This document shows positions 1 through 12,940 of a stretch of DNA of 64,000 nucleotides, one piece after another. This DNA comes from Chiloscyllium plagiosum (Eukaryota): contig NC_057749.1 of assembly GCF_004010195.1 (NCBI RefSeq), positions 24,822,979 through 24,886,978 of the forward strand, in the 5' to 3' direction. The notes below the pieces were generated by a model that did not search any database, was not told the DNA's origin, and was given only the letters and a program-made list of their open reading frames with translations. The position numbers were made by a program, and so were the translations under genes. Each line of letters begins with the position of its first letter. Position 1 is the stretch's first letter.

Positions 1-869
1 TCAAGTACAGATGTACAGGCATACAGCGAAAAGTTTTACAATGTCGCCCCTTACAAGTACCGAGATAAGAATCTTACATACAAAAAGAGGAATCAAAAAG
101 AAAAGCAGTTGCATTATTTTACAGTAATTCTTAGAATGAGTTGGAAATAGACATAGTCAAAAGGACAGTCATTACAGGCATATTAACCAATTACACATAA
201 ACATTACATTGGGATACCTGACTTCCAACAAGGAGAACCTGCAAACTCCACACAGACAGTTGCCTGAGGCTGGAATTGAACTTGGATTCCTGGTGCTCTG
301 AGGCAGCAGTGCTAACTGCTGATCCCCTCCTTTAGCCCATTTGCCATTCACCCTGAATGTAACTAAACAAAGTTCATATGTGATAAACGTAGCCTCCTAG
401 CAGTTGATCTTCACTCAAACAAATTCACCCCTTATCCATCTCTGGTCACATTGACATTTAAACAAAAAATCTTTATTCTTTCTTGGGATGTGAGCATCAC
501 TAGCAAGGTCAACATTTTCTGCCCAACCCTAATTGCCCTGAACTGATCAGCTTCATTTCGGAGGGCACTTTAAGTGGCAACCATGTTGGTGAGGGTCTGG
601 AGTCCATGTAGGCCAGACCAGGAATGGAAGGGACGTTTCCTCTGTAAAGGATCTTATTGAACCAGATGCGTCTTCATGACAATTGATGATGGTTTCATTG
701 AAATAAACATTGAATTAAGCTTCCACTCACGGTCATGATGGGCTTGAATCCATAACTTCAGAGCACTAGGTTGGGCCTGAGGATTGTTAGCTTAGTTATG
801 CTACCACTATACGACCATCTCCCCAAATCCCACAATCCCACATCTCCCACCAAGGCACATGAGAGGCAA

Positions 870-1095
870 TTTTTTTTTTACACAGAGAGTGGTTCATATG
901 TGGAATGAATTTTCAGTGGAAGAGATGGATGCAGGTACAGTTACAACATGTAAAAGACATTTAGATAAGTACATGAATCGGGAAGGTTTGGAGGGATGTG
1001 GGCCCATTGCAGACAGATGAGAGTAGTTTAGTTTTTGGATTATGGTTGACATGGACTGGTTAGTCCAAAGAGTCTGTTTCCATGCTGTATGACGA
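870..1095 (+). mobile_element. CR1/HER1 LINE 3' fragment
   Basis: FFTQRVV..WNE..coding end followed by the GACTGG..GGTCTGTTTCCATGCTGTATGA tail shared with other CR1 copies in the window. Confidence 0.8.
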
Positions 1096-1104
1096 AATGC
1101 CCTT

Positions 1105-1365
1105 ATGATCTGGGTTCGATTCCAGCCTTGGGTGACTGGAGTTTGCATGTTCTCCCTGTTTCTGCCAGGTGCTCCAGTTTCTTCCCACAGCCCAAAGATG
1201 GATTGGACACGCTGAATTGATCGTAGTGTCCAGGAATGTGTAGACAAGGTGGATTGGCCTTGGGTAAATGTGGAGTTATGGGGATAAGGTGGAGGGGCTG
1301 GGTCTGCTCTTCAGAGAGTCAGTGCACGCTCTATGGACCAAACGGCCTCTTTCTGCACTTGTAGG
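1105..1365 (+). mobile_element. HE1 SINE, degenerate
   Basis: GGTTCGATTCC B-box, GGAGTTTGCATGTTCTCC central domain, CR1-like tail. Confidence 0.75.
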
Positions 1366-1437
1366 GGTTACATAAAGAGTAGCTGTTTCCAAGTCATCCT
1401 GGAGGCTGCTGAAATCTCTCAGTATGAGCAGTAGATG

Positions 1438-1766
1438 CAGGTAGAAGATCCTTTATCTGAAAATCCAAAACCAAAAAAGGTCCAAAATCCGAAGGTTTTT
1501 TTGGGAAGTTATTTTCTCATTGGCAAAGTTGTTTGGCGAGCAAACAGTTAACCCAAATCGACACCTACTCGATGCGTGTCACTCAGATGCGACATGGGGG
1601 GGGGGGGGGGGGGGGGGGCAAGCACATTCTTACTTAGAAATCTGATCCTCTGGTAAGATTTTCAAAACTTTCACCATCAAACTGTCATTTATTCTGAAAA
1701 CCGAAAAATTCCGAATTCCGAGAAACAGCTGGTCCCGAGCATTTTGGATAAAGGATCTTCTACCTG
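1438..1766. mobile_element. Tc1/mariner (pogo/Tigger-type) non-autonomous DNA transposon (MITE)
   Basis: Terminal inverted repeats CAGGTAGAAGATCCTTTATC ... GATAAAGGATCTTCTACCTG. TA follows the right end (TG on the left). Subterminal CCGAAA/TTCGG motifs as in Tigger4/MER46-like MITEs; internal poly-G run. Confidence 0.8.
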
Positions 1767-2487
1767 TAGTGAGTGAAGTTACATGCCATTCCATTTGCCA
1801 CAATGGGTGAAGCCCCTGCTGTACTGCGACCCTTTTAAGGAAGGTTTGGCGCATGAGGCTTTTGAGTGCGAGATGGCATCCACTTCACACGATGGAGCAC
1901 ATTTCCCAGCGTTTATCCTGAGCAGTGACCCTTGCAATGAATGAAGTCAGAGTTTCCACTGGTTTAGATTAGTCACACTTGACTGGAAGTTCTGTGCAGA
2001 AATTTTGCAATCAGCTTTCAGACTGACTGCATACCATCGTCAAGGACCCTCATCACTGAGATTGTGCCACACACTGCTCTGCTTTAACATTGAAAGGAGT
2101 TGAGCGTGATTTAGAAATGCTTCTTAAAAGCTCCATCGATTTGCAACAGAGAAAGGTCTTGCCATATTAGCGCCACAGAGCCGCCCTATATACCTTCCAA
2201 AGGTGAAGCATTGGGCTCATCCAAATCCTCTTCCAGGCTGCAACAAGGGACAGTAAAACAACTCCAGCTGCACATTCCTCCCCCCCTGTTTGTTTGTTTG
2301 TTTTCCACGGGACATTTGATGATTTAATTGTCCAACGAGCTGAAGAGATCAATGATAGCCAGGGAATGAAATCAGAGTAGGAGTAGGCTGTTAGGTCCCT
2401 CATGCCTTGTCCTGTCATTCCCTAAGATCATGGAAGATCTTCTCCAGATATCAACTTCCCTTTCATACCAGCACCTCATAGCTCTCA

Positions 2488-2680
2488 TGTAGTGATTGGA
2501 TTGGGTGAGCCAGGTGGACCTCATAGACTATGAGTTCCCCAATTGGGGCTGTTAACCTGGTCTAATCAGGGAGCCCTGCCTGACAGATAGAAACAGGAGT
2601 GTCAGGGGGTCTGTTCACTCCTGGGTCAGGGTTGTGTACAATGCATGTGTAAATAAAGTGTGTCTTGGTGACAGGAAGTA
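2488..2680 (+). mobile_element. Short solo-LTR-like repeat
   Basis: Begins TGTAGT, contains CCAAT/TATA-like and AATAAA motifs. A second, inverted copy lies at ~62920-63113. Confidence 0.5.
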
Positions 2681-2694
2681 GCTCATTGGCTAAT

Positions 2695-2866
2695 AAGTGT
2701 GTTCGGCTCATCATGATAGCTACTGCATAAATGCAAGTGTGTTACTGCATAAGTGTGTTAGGCTCATCATGAGAGTTACTGCATAAATGTTGTTAGGCTC
2801 ATCATGAGAGTTACTGCATAAATGTGTTAGGCTCATCATGAGAGTTACTGCATAAGTGCAAGTGTT
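2695..2866. repeat. Minisatellite, ~34-bp unit, about 4 copies
   Basis: Repeated GTGTTAGGCTCATCATGAGAGTTACTGCATAAAT. Confidence 0.9.
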
Positions 2867-2924
2867 GCCCAATTTGAGAAGTGGCTGGAGACCTAACAAA
2901 TCTGCCGTTCATTGTTACCTTTAA

Positions 2925-3735
2925 CAAACTTCTCTATTTTCTCAGTAGACTTTCTCAGGAGGCTAAGGAAATTTGGCATGTCTACAAAGATGCTTACCAA
3001 TTTTTATAAATGCACTACAGAAAGCATCCTATCCAGATATATCATAGCTTGGTACGGCAACTGCTCTGCCTAAGACCACAAGAAATTACAGAGAGTTGCG
3101 AACACAGCCCAGTCCATCACACAAACTAGCCTTCCGTTCATTGATTCCACTTATACTTCCCACTGCCTGGGAAAAACATCATCAAAGTCCCCTCCCTCCC
3201 CGGTTATACTCTCTTCCACCATCTTCCACTAGACAGAAGGTACAAAAGTTTGAAAATACATACCAACAAATTTAAGAACAGCTTCTTCCCCACTGTTATC
3301 AGACTTCTGAATGGATCTCTCATATATTAAAGTTGATCCTTCTCGCCACCTTCTCTGTAGCTGTAACACCATACTCTGCATTCTGTTCTATTACCCTCAT
3401 GGACTCAGGTAACGTTAAAAATCACACAACACCACGTTATAGTCCAACAGATTTATTTGGAAGGACTAGCTTTCGGAGCGCTGCTCCTTCATTGGGTGGT
3501 TGTGTCCTGATGACAACCACCTGATGTAGGAGCAGCGCTCCAAAAGCTAGTGCTTCCAGTGAAACCTGTTGAACTATAACCTGAGTGTGTGACGTTTAAC
3601 TTCGTACACCCCAGTCCAACACCGGCACCTCCAAATCGTACTTATGTAAGGTATAATTTGTCTGGAAAGCACACTAAACAATACTTTTCACTGTATCTTG
3701 GTACATGTGACAATAATAAATCAAATCAAATCAAA
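2925..3735 (+). mobile_element. Rex1/Babar-clade LINE 3' fragment, interrupted by a Penelope-derived insert
   Basis: Translates to LYFL..RRLRKFGMS..LTNFYKCT.ESIL...I.AWYGNCSA.D.KKLQRV, a typical Rex1/Babar RT C-terminus. Ends in AATAAA + (TCAAA)n. Confidence 0.75.
3413..3637. mobile_element. Penelope-derived inverted-repeat mini-element (family A) with two mutated hammerhead cores
   Basis: Tail-to-tail palindrome of the terminus seen on the Penelope remnant at 17345-17430. Cores CCAATGA..GAAA (-) and CTGATGT..CAAA (+) are degenerate. Confidence 0.75.
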
Positions 3736-5567
3736 CCAAGAGAAATTTCAAACCAGCTGGTGGCAGGGGGGTTACTAATGTGTTCTAAAGCAATTCTCAG
3801 AGGGGAAATTAGCAGTGGACATAAATTAATGAACATCCTATTAATGCTAATGAAGAAATTAATACCTATTACTGTAAGTGCATTAGCTCAGATACTGAAC
3901 AAAATGTCATTGAAAATCTTGGGGTTAAATTTTCTAAGTGTGTACTACCGGTATTGAGGTGCATGCAGTTAAAAGCACAGATTTAAACCCAGCATGGGAT
4001 TTCCTGTCTGTATGAACTGCACACATTACTTTTCTCAAAATGTCCCTGTCCTGACAAACCATCAGGACAGTCCTATTAGAAAATCTGTCTTATTCTTTCT
4101 CTTGCTTGATGTCTCTCCTGCCCGGTGTTCCCTTGCAATCCTCTTTGCCTGTATACATCTGGCCAAATTTATTCAGTTTGCACTTTTCCACCCGTCTGCT
4201 TTGAATACTTGATCTTATACTCACCACTCGGTTCACCTTGTTCCCTCTCCTGGTGTGTACCCCAAGTTCAAAAGGTTGAGGGTTCACTACTCATTGGAAC
4301 CCGAGACAGACAGCTGTCTCTCTCTCTCTCTCCCTGCGTAAGGATCTGAAAAGATTAATACCACTGATTTGAAAAGGTATCACCTTTCTTTCAGTGTCAC
4401 TGGTTCAAAATCCTGGAACTTCCTCTCTAATGGCACTGTGGGTGTAACTATACCCCATGGACTACATTTATCAATGGAAGCAGCTCATCACCACTTTCTG
4501 AAGGGCAATTAGGAATGGGCGGCAAGCCAACAATGATGAAACAAAATGATGAAAGAGTGCATTAAGCACTGGCCAATGTGATGTGATATGTGACAGAAAT
4601 GTTTGGGTTTTGAAAAAATAGCACTAAACATCAAAGATTGCCTCCTCGTCTCCAAAAGAATAATCTATCAAGTTAGTGTAAATTTGTTGTATCTTGCAAT
4701 ATACAACGTCTTGTTTCAGGACAGGAACTTCTTGAGACTGTCAAGTGGTTTTCCTCTCCTATATTAGACCAAGCAAGTCTGTAAATCCCACCTAGAAAAA
4801 GGGATGGGCGCATTGGCTTACTGGTAATGTCACTGGGCTTGTAGTCCAGGTCAGATCCAAGCTATCCGGGGAATATGGATTCATGTTTCACCATTTGTAG
4901 ATGATAAAATCTGAATTTAAACAAGATGTGAATGCAAAACAGCAGGGCCTCACAGTGGCAAATGTGACCAGTGTTAATTGTTGTAAAAACCCATCCGGTT
5001 CACTCATGTCCTTTAGTGAAGGAAATCTGCCATCCTAACACTCACATCACAAGTGCAATTTTTAAAAGAATTCTTGCTCATTATTTCCTCAGTTTGCAAC
5101 GTTGACCTTGCACTAGCCTCTGTCAGTCAATCCTTTTAGCTAGTCCAGAACAATCGCAAGGAAAAGGTTGTGAGATGCTTTCCCTCTGGCTAAATCCATA
5201 CTAAATCCTTGCTAACATCATCCTTACTTGGTCCGGCCTACATGTGACTCCAGACCCACAGCAATGTGGTTGACTCATGGATAATAAATGCTGGCTGAGC
5301 CAGTGATGTCCACACATCCCATGAATGAATGAATATAAAACTATATTACGCCATAATGAGCTGTGAGGAGTGTTTGGTTTACAATGCTTTTACTTTTTAA
5401 TGACTTATGTTGCAAACACGTTGTGGTTGCTGTCTTTCCCCTTTATTTTCCCTGCATCATGTCTTCCTGTCTCCAGGGCGTAATGGTAATGTTACTGGCT
5501 GAGTAATCCTGAAGCCTGATTTAGTAATCTGGAGGCACAAATTCCAATCCCATCATTACATCCTAAT

Positions 5568-5836
5568 TGGGGTGGCATGGTGGTTCAGTGGTTAGCACTG
5601 CTGTCTTATAGCACCAGGGTCCCAGGTTTGATTCCCACCTTGGGTGACTGTCTGTGTGGAGTTTGCACATTCTCCCTGTGTCTGCATGGGTTTCCTCCCA
5701 CAACCCCAAAATGTGCAGGTTAGAGTGAATTAGTCAGGGTTAAATATAGGGTAGGGGAATGGGTCTGGGTGGGTTACTCTTTGGAAGGTCAGTTTGGGAT
5801 GAAGGGCCTGTTTCCAAACTGTACAGAATCTAATCA
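5568..5836 (+). mobile_element. HE1 SINE
   Basis: tRNA-derived head (TGGTTCAGTGGTTAGCAC..GGTTTGATTCC), conserved core and (AATCT)n tail. Confidence 0.85.
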
Positions 5837-6859
5837 AGCATCCATTTACTAAATCTGGAATTTAAAATATTTGTCTCATTAAAGAAAACTATTGGATTTC
5901 TGGTTCACTTTAGGGAAGGAAACTTGCCATTCTTACCAAGTCTGACTTTCATGTGACTCCAGGCCCTCAGCAATTTAATTGGCACTTAACTACCTTCATA
6001 AAGCCCCTCAATTAAATTAAACGCTGACAGAAAATGTTGAGAATGTGCCTATGTTGACTTGAGTAAATTCAGAAAGGACATCACCAACATCACTTTATAG
6101 GAATGAGTGACAAATGCTGCCCTCCACAACACTCACTTCACAAGAGCATTCTTTATTTATAAAGAAATTCCTCCTGGTTACTTTCTCACTACGTGATGTT
6201 GACCTTGCACTAACCTCTGTACCAGTAAGTCAATCCTTTTATCCAGCACTATCCAGAAAAATCTCAAGAAAAAAATTGTGAGATGTCTCTGCTTTCCCCC
6301 TGGATAAATACGTTATAAATCCTTGCGAACATCACCCATTACATCCTCCTACAGTATCATAGTAGCAGCCAGTTTACTTTCTGAACTAAAATGAGAGAGT
6401 TTGAATGTTTGCCTAATGGTGATCTCCATGGTAGTAGAACTATCGCACAGTTGCTCTCTGCGTGACATCCACTTCACCTGACCCTGTGCAGAGTCAGAGA
6501 AATTAACTGATCCTGACAATTGAACTCATTGGCAATATATAAATGTTGCCAGCGCTTAAAATTTGAGGTTTAGCGGAAATATCGGATAGGCTACAACTGT
6601 TGTCAGCAGAATTTAGGAGGCTGAGGAATGACTTAACTGAGATGTACAAGTTTATGACAAAATTAAGCAAACAGCATAGATTTCATTCCAGTACCCATTC
6701 GGATATTCATGGGTTCCAAACATCTCCCCTTACCCCACACCAGTGGAGACGTTTCAAAATACATTTATAGGATATGAGCATTACTGGCTGGCCAATACTT
6801 CTTGCCCTTAAAGGGGCTTTGTTGTGATTGGTACAACTGAGTGGCCTGCCGGGCCATTT

Positions 6860-7135
6860 CATAGAATCCCTACAGTCCACACCAACCCTCCGAAGAGTGT
6901 CCCACCCTGACCCATTCACCTACCTTATTACACCTAACCTACACATTCCTGAACATGATGGGACAACTTAGCATGGCCAATACACCTAACCTGTACATCT
7001 TTGGATTGGGGGAGGAAACCCACGCAGACATGGGGGGAATGTGCAAAAATCAATGCAGGCAGTCATCTGAGGCTGGAATCAAACCTGGGACCCTGGTGCT
7101 GTGAGGCAGCAGTGCTAACCACTGAGCTGTCCATG
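6860..7135 (-). mobile_element. HE1 SINE
   Basis: Reverse complement of head/core/tail (GCTGTGAGGCAGCAGTGCTAACCACTGAGC). Confidence 0.85.
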
Positions 7136-9468
7136 ATTTCAGAGGGTAATAGTCTAGCGATAATACCAGTAGGCCAACACCTTCCTAGATGGGTTCCCCT
7201 TAAGCTATACACACCCAATTCTATCTCTCAAATGGAGTGAAGCCTATGATCTTTTGTGTGTTATGGCTTCATACATAACAAAAATATGAGGAAGAAGTGA
7301 AAAGTGTGATTCTGGAAAATTACATTAATTCCAGAAAGGTCTGCTTCCTCCAGCAAAGAGGTTAATTACCACAGTTGGAAGGTGATTAGTAGATGGAAGG
7401 TGATTAGTAGAAGGATTAGAAATGTCATGAGGAAAAATGTTTTCATCCAGAGTGTTATGAACGTTTGAAATTCACTGCCTGGTTTGGTAGTGAAAGCCAA
7501 ATTCTTCAGCTCATTTAAAAGGTACTTGGATGTGTACCTCAAGCACTGCAACGTGAATAACTGCAAACCAAGCTCTAGAAGGTGGCTATGAAGGGAGCAG
7601 ATAATATAGAAGCATGGAGGGCGAAAGTAGAACTAGGGTTCATCGCCTCAAAATAAGGGGGAGCAGATTTCGGACTGAGTTGAGGAGGAGCTTCTTCACC
7701 CAAAGGGTTGTGAATCTGTGGAATTCCCCGCCCAGTGAAGCAGTTGAGGCAACATTTTTGAATTTTTTAAGGCAAAGGTAGATAGATCTTTGATGAGTAA
7801 AGAAACTATGGGATACGGTGAGTGGGCGGGTCAGTGGAGCTGAGTCACGGAAGGATCAGCCATTGAATGGCGGAGCGGGCTCAATGGGAAAGCTAGCCTA
7901 CCCCTGCTCCCAGTTCTCAAGATTTGAACGGATGTCAAGTTTTTTTCTCCCCATCTGGTGCAGACGTGGTGGGCTGAACGACCTTATTCTCTGTTATCCT
8001 TTGTCCATGATTCAATGGAACTTCAATCTCCAATACATGAAGTGGAATAGCTAGTGATGGAAATGGGACTTCTCTCGTTTATAAATGGCTGCAACAGCAA
8101 AGCCGGGGTGTAGCCAGACGGTATATCTTTGATCTTCAAGTTAGTTGCATCTGACCATTGGATGTCAACGCTGACACCCTCAGTATTCCACTGTAGAGTC
8201 AGGAAGCAATGTGGTTTGAGTCTCTGGCACGGTACTTGAATACATAAACCTCAAAGCCAAAGGCAAGCACTCTACCGACTGGCTGACAGTGCACACGGAG
8301 GGAGGGAGATCTTAGAATTCTATCAATATTAACAAATTGCCCTTAATCTGCAATTAATCCATGATTCATGCTATACTCTATCTCATAGCTAGTATGCAAT
8401 GTGCCTTTAAGAGACATGCCCATGTTGCCATCGCTGTCAGAGCATGTGACCTGGTGACATAACGGTCTCCATCTTAGTGGGGCCGCTTGCTACCTGACAT
8501 GCTGAGGGGGGCGTGCAACAGTTTGGAGCAGAATTGCTCAGCATTAGTCCAGGGATGGCAGTGCCTGTGACTCTGATCAATGTAGATACCAGGAGCTGTA
8601 ATAAATGTCTATTCACCAATATGCTATCCACATCTAGCTGGGGGAGTTAATATAAGTACAAACTTATCAGATATGAATATGCAGTGAAGATGAAAGGCCA
8701 TCTGTAGAATTCTCTCCCCCAGAAAGCAGGGGAGGCCAAGTTAGGAAAGAGGTGGTTCACCATTCAGATTTTAAAGACATCAAGGGATATGGGGAGAAAG
8801 TAGGAATATTGCATCAAGAGAGAAGTTTGGTCATGATTATAATGTTAAAAGACTCACAACACCACATTATAGTCCAACAGGTTTATTTGGAAGCACTAGC
8901 TTTCAGAGCGCTGCTTGTAGAACATGACCATATGACACAGAACTTATAGCAAAAGGGATTGTAATGATATATTAAACAGCTTTAGTTACAAATCACACAA
9001 CACCAGGTTATAGTTCGTAAACAAATTTAGACTTAATTTAAATTAATTTAAAAACTATAACTTGTTGTTGCATGATTTTTAACTTTGTCCACCCCAGTCC
9101 AACACTGGCTCCTCCACATCGTGACTAGATTGAGCAGTGCAGCAGTTTCGAAGGGCTGAATAGCCTCCTCTTGTTCCTCGTTTCCATGTTTTTTTTGCAG
9201 CAGAGAGCGGCAGGAGCTGGGCGGAAGTGAAGTCAGAGCGCAGAGGCTGTTGGGAAGGTGGGTGAGTGTTATTTAAGTAGGTGTGTTCTAGGCCCCAGGT
9301 CCTACACAGTATGGCCTCCTCGAACCTAATTTAAAAGTCCACAGACTTGCAACAAAACACGGGGGTCAAGGGAAGTTCCTGTTGAGAAAAGAGCAAGTCT
9401 TTGGCTCAGGAGTCTTCGACAAAGAAGTTGAGAGAACTGATTACGCCACAGTTGAAGAGGGTGAAGAC

Positions 9469-10152
9469 ATGACTGCCAAGCTGATTCAGTGTACTCCGTG
9501 CATGATGTGGGAGGTCAGGGACTCTGGCGTAGCTGGCTCGTATAACTGTGGAAAGTGTGTACAAGTTCAGCTTCTGACAGAGCATATTGCAGCACTGAAG
9601 AAAGAACTCGATGACCTCAGGCTCATCCGAGAGAACGAGAGCTTTCTGGACAGGACCTTCAGCGAGGTTATTACACCGAGCATACCAGAAGAGAATAGAA
9701 GGGAGAAGATGATGAGGAAGGCAGAGATGAGAGACAGACATCACTGCCAGTCTGAGAGGCGGTCAGGTCTGCCAATCAGAAATTGGTGTGGAGACAGAGC
9801 CGAGGAGTCAGACATCTCACAGAGCCGTGGTGATAGGGGACTCCATAGTGAGAGGGACTGAAAGGGATTTCTGCGGCAACAGGTGGGATTTGAGGATGGT
9901 GTGTTGCCTACCTGGTGCCAGGATTAAGGACATCACAGACAGAGTGCAGGAAATCCTCAAGGATGAAGGTGAAGAGCCAGAGGTGGTGGTACGTGTTGGC
10001 ACAAATGACGTCGGGAAGAAGAGGAGGGACATTCTACAGCGGGACTTCAGAGAACTTGGAAGAAGGCTGAAAAGGAGGACATCCAGGGTAGTTATCTCCG
10101 GTTTGCTTCCAGTTCCTCGGGCTGGAGAGGACAGGAACAGGGAGATAATGGA
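9469..10152 (+). pseudogene. CR1 ORF1: CxxC..CxxC zinc finger/leucine zipper + SGNH(GDSL-like) esterase, frameshifted
   Basis: MTAKLIQCTPCMMWE..YNCGKC..LLTEHIAALKKELDDL, then in another frame VVIGDSIVRG..VCCLPGARIKD..VGTND; established CR1 ORF1 architecture. Confidence 0.9.
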
Positions 10153-10700
10153 NNNNNNNNNNNNNNNNNNNNNNNNNNNNNNNNNNNNNNNNNNNNNNNN
10201 NNNNNNNNNNNNNNNNNNNNNNNNNNNNNNNNNNNNNNNNNNNNNNNNNNNNNNNNNNNNNNNNNNNNNNNNNNNNNNNNNNNNNNNNNNNNNNNNNNNN
10301 NNNNNNNNNNNNNNNNNNNNNNNNNNNNNNNNNNNNNNNNNNNNNNNNNNNNNNNNNNNNNNNNNNNNNNNNNNNNNNNNNNNNNNNNNNNNNNNNNNNN
10401 NNNNNNNNNNNNNNNNNNNNNNNNNNNNNNNNNNNNNNNNNNNNNNNNNNNNNNNNNNNNNNNNNNNNNNNNNNNNNNNNNNNNNNNNNNNNNNNNNNNN
10501 NNNNNNNNNNNNNNNNNNNNNNNNNNNNNNNNNNNNNNNNNNNNNNNNNNNNNNNNNNNNNNNNNNNNNNNNNNNNNNNNNNNNNNNNNNNNNNNNNNNN
10601 NNNNNNNNNNNNNNNNNNNNNNNNNNNNNNNNNNNNNNNNNNNNNNNNNNNNNNNNNNNNNNNNNNNNNNNNNNNNNNNNNNNNNNNNNNNNNNNNNNNN

Positions 10701-12940
10701 GGAGAAAGCAATTCTGGATCTGGTGTTGTGCAACGAACCGGATTTGATCAGGGACCTCGAAGTAAAGGAGCCATTAGGAGGTAGTGACCACAATACAATA
10801 AGCTTTAATCTGCAGTTTGAAAGGGAGAAGGTAGAATCGGAAGTGACAATATTTCAGTTGAATAAAGGGAACTATGGAGCTATGAGGGAGGAGCTGGCCA
10901 AAGTTCAGTGGTGCAGTACCCTAGCAGGATTGGCAGTGGAGGAACAATGGCAGGTATTTCTGGGTGTAATGCAGAAGATTCAGGATCAGTTCATTCCAAA
11001 AAGGAAGAAAGACCCTAAGGGGGGGCAGAGGTGGCTGTGGCTGACGAGGGAAGTTAAGGACCATATAAAGACAAAAGGGAAAAAGTATAACATAGCAAAG
11101 ATGAGTGGGAAATCGGAGGACTGGGAAGCTTTTAAAGAACAACAGAGGATAACTAAAAAGGTAATTCGCAAAGAAAAAATAAGGTATGAAGGTAAACTGG
11201 CCAAAAATATAAAGGAGGATAGTAAAGGCTTTTTTAGGTATGTGTAAAGAAAAACAATGGCTAAGACTAAAATTGAGCCCTTGAAGACAGAAAGGGGTGA
11301 ATTTATTATGGGGAACAAAGAAATGGCAGAAGAGTTGAATTGGTACTTTCGATCTGTCTTCACTGGCGAAGACACGAGCAATCTCCCAGATGTAATAGTG
11401 GCTGAAGGACCTGAACCGAAGGGAATTTATATTAGGCAGGAAATGGTGTTGGAGTGACTGTTAGGTCTGAAGGCTGATAAGTCTCCGGGGCCTGATGGTC
11501 TACATCCCAGGATACTGAAGGAGGTGGCTCGAGAAATCGTGGATGCATTGGTGATCATTTTCCAATGTTCTATAGATTCAGGATCAGTTCCTGCGAATGG
11601 GAGGGTGGCTAATGTTATCCCACTTTTTAAGAAAGGAGGGAGAGAGAAAACAGAGAATTATAGACCAGTTAGTCTGACCTCAGTGGTGGGAAAAATGCTG
11701 GAGGCAATTATAAAGGACAAAATTATGACACATCTGGATAGAAGTAAGAGGATAGGTCAGAGTCAGCATGGACTTATGAAGGGGAAATCATGCTTGACTA
11801 ATCTTCTAGAATTTTTTGAGGATGTAACTCTGAAGATGGACAAAGGAGATCTAGTGGATGTAGTATACCTGGACTTTCAGAAAACCTTTGATAAAGTCCC
11901 ACATAGGAAGTTAGTGAGCAAAATTAGGGCACATGGTATTAGGGGCAAAATACTGACATGGATTGAAAATTGGTAGGCTGACAGGAAACTAAGAGTAGTG
12001 ATAAACGGCTCCCTTTCGGAATGGCAGGCGGTGACCAGTGGTGTGCCGCAGGGATCAGTGCTGGGACCGCAGCTTTTTACAATGTACATTAATGATATAG
12101 ATGAAGGTATTAAAAGTAATATTAGCAAATTTGCTGATGACACGAAGCTGGGTGGCAGGGTGAAATGTGAGGAGGATGTTAGGAGAATACAGGGTGACCT
12201 GGACAGGCTAGGTGAATGGACGGATGCATGGCAGATGCAGTTTAATGTGGATAAACGTGTGGTTGTCCACTTTGGTGGCAAGATCAGGAAGGCAGTTTGC
12301 TATCTAAATGGAGTCAAGTTAGGTAAAGGGGCAGAACAACGAGACGTAGGTGTTCTTGTACACCAGTCAATGAAAACAAGCATTGCAGGTACAGTAGGCA
12401 GTGAAGAAAGCTAATAGCATGCTGGCCTTCATAACAAGAGGAATTGAGTATCGAAGCAAAGAGGTGCTTCTGCAGCTGTACAGGGCCCTGATGAGACCGC
12501 ACCTGGAATATAAGACATTCTGGCTATTGAGGGAGTGCAGCCTAGGTTCACGAGGTCAGTTCCCAGAATGGTGGGACTATCTTATGCTGAAAGATTGGAG
12601 CAACTGTGCTTGTATACGCCTTGAGTTTAGAAGACTGAGAGGGGATCTGATTGAGACGTATAAGATTTTGAAAGGATTGGACACTCTGGAGGCAGGAAGC
12701 ACGTTTCCGCTGATGGGTGAGTCCCGAACCAGAGGACACAGCTTAAAAATAAGGGGTAGGCCACTTAGAACAGAGTTGAGGAGAAACATCTTAACCCAGA
12801 GAGTGGTGGCTGTGTGGAATGCTCTGCCCCAGAGGGCAGTGGAGGCCTAGTCTCTGGATTCGTTTAAGAAAGAGTTGGATAGAGCTCTCAAGGATAGTGG
12901 AATCAAGGGTTATGGGGATAAGGCAGGAACAGGATACTGA
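10701..12940 (+). pseudogene. CR1 ORF2 (APE endonuclease C-end + reverse transcriptase), disrupted
   Basis: LGGSDHN (EN), NYRPVSLTS, QHG..KGKSCLTNL, YLDFQKTFDKVPH, GVPQGSVLGP, KFADDTKL. In-frame stops at ~11245, ~11455 and ~11974, frameshifts near 12380, small deletion near 12510. Confidence 0.95.

Noticed and set aside
2160..2285. CArG-like CCATATTAGC plus E-box and MCAT as a muscle enhancer
   Set aside because: The CArG is imperfect and such short motifs occur by chance; no further support.
5040..5140. Faint RPS3A-like translation on the minus strand
   Set aside because: Only scattered matches with stops; not convincing.
10034..10793. Long ORFs spanning X runs (also 15352-15832 and 37391-38260)
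   Set aside because: Artefacts of N assembly gaps.
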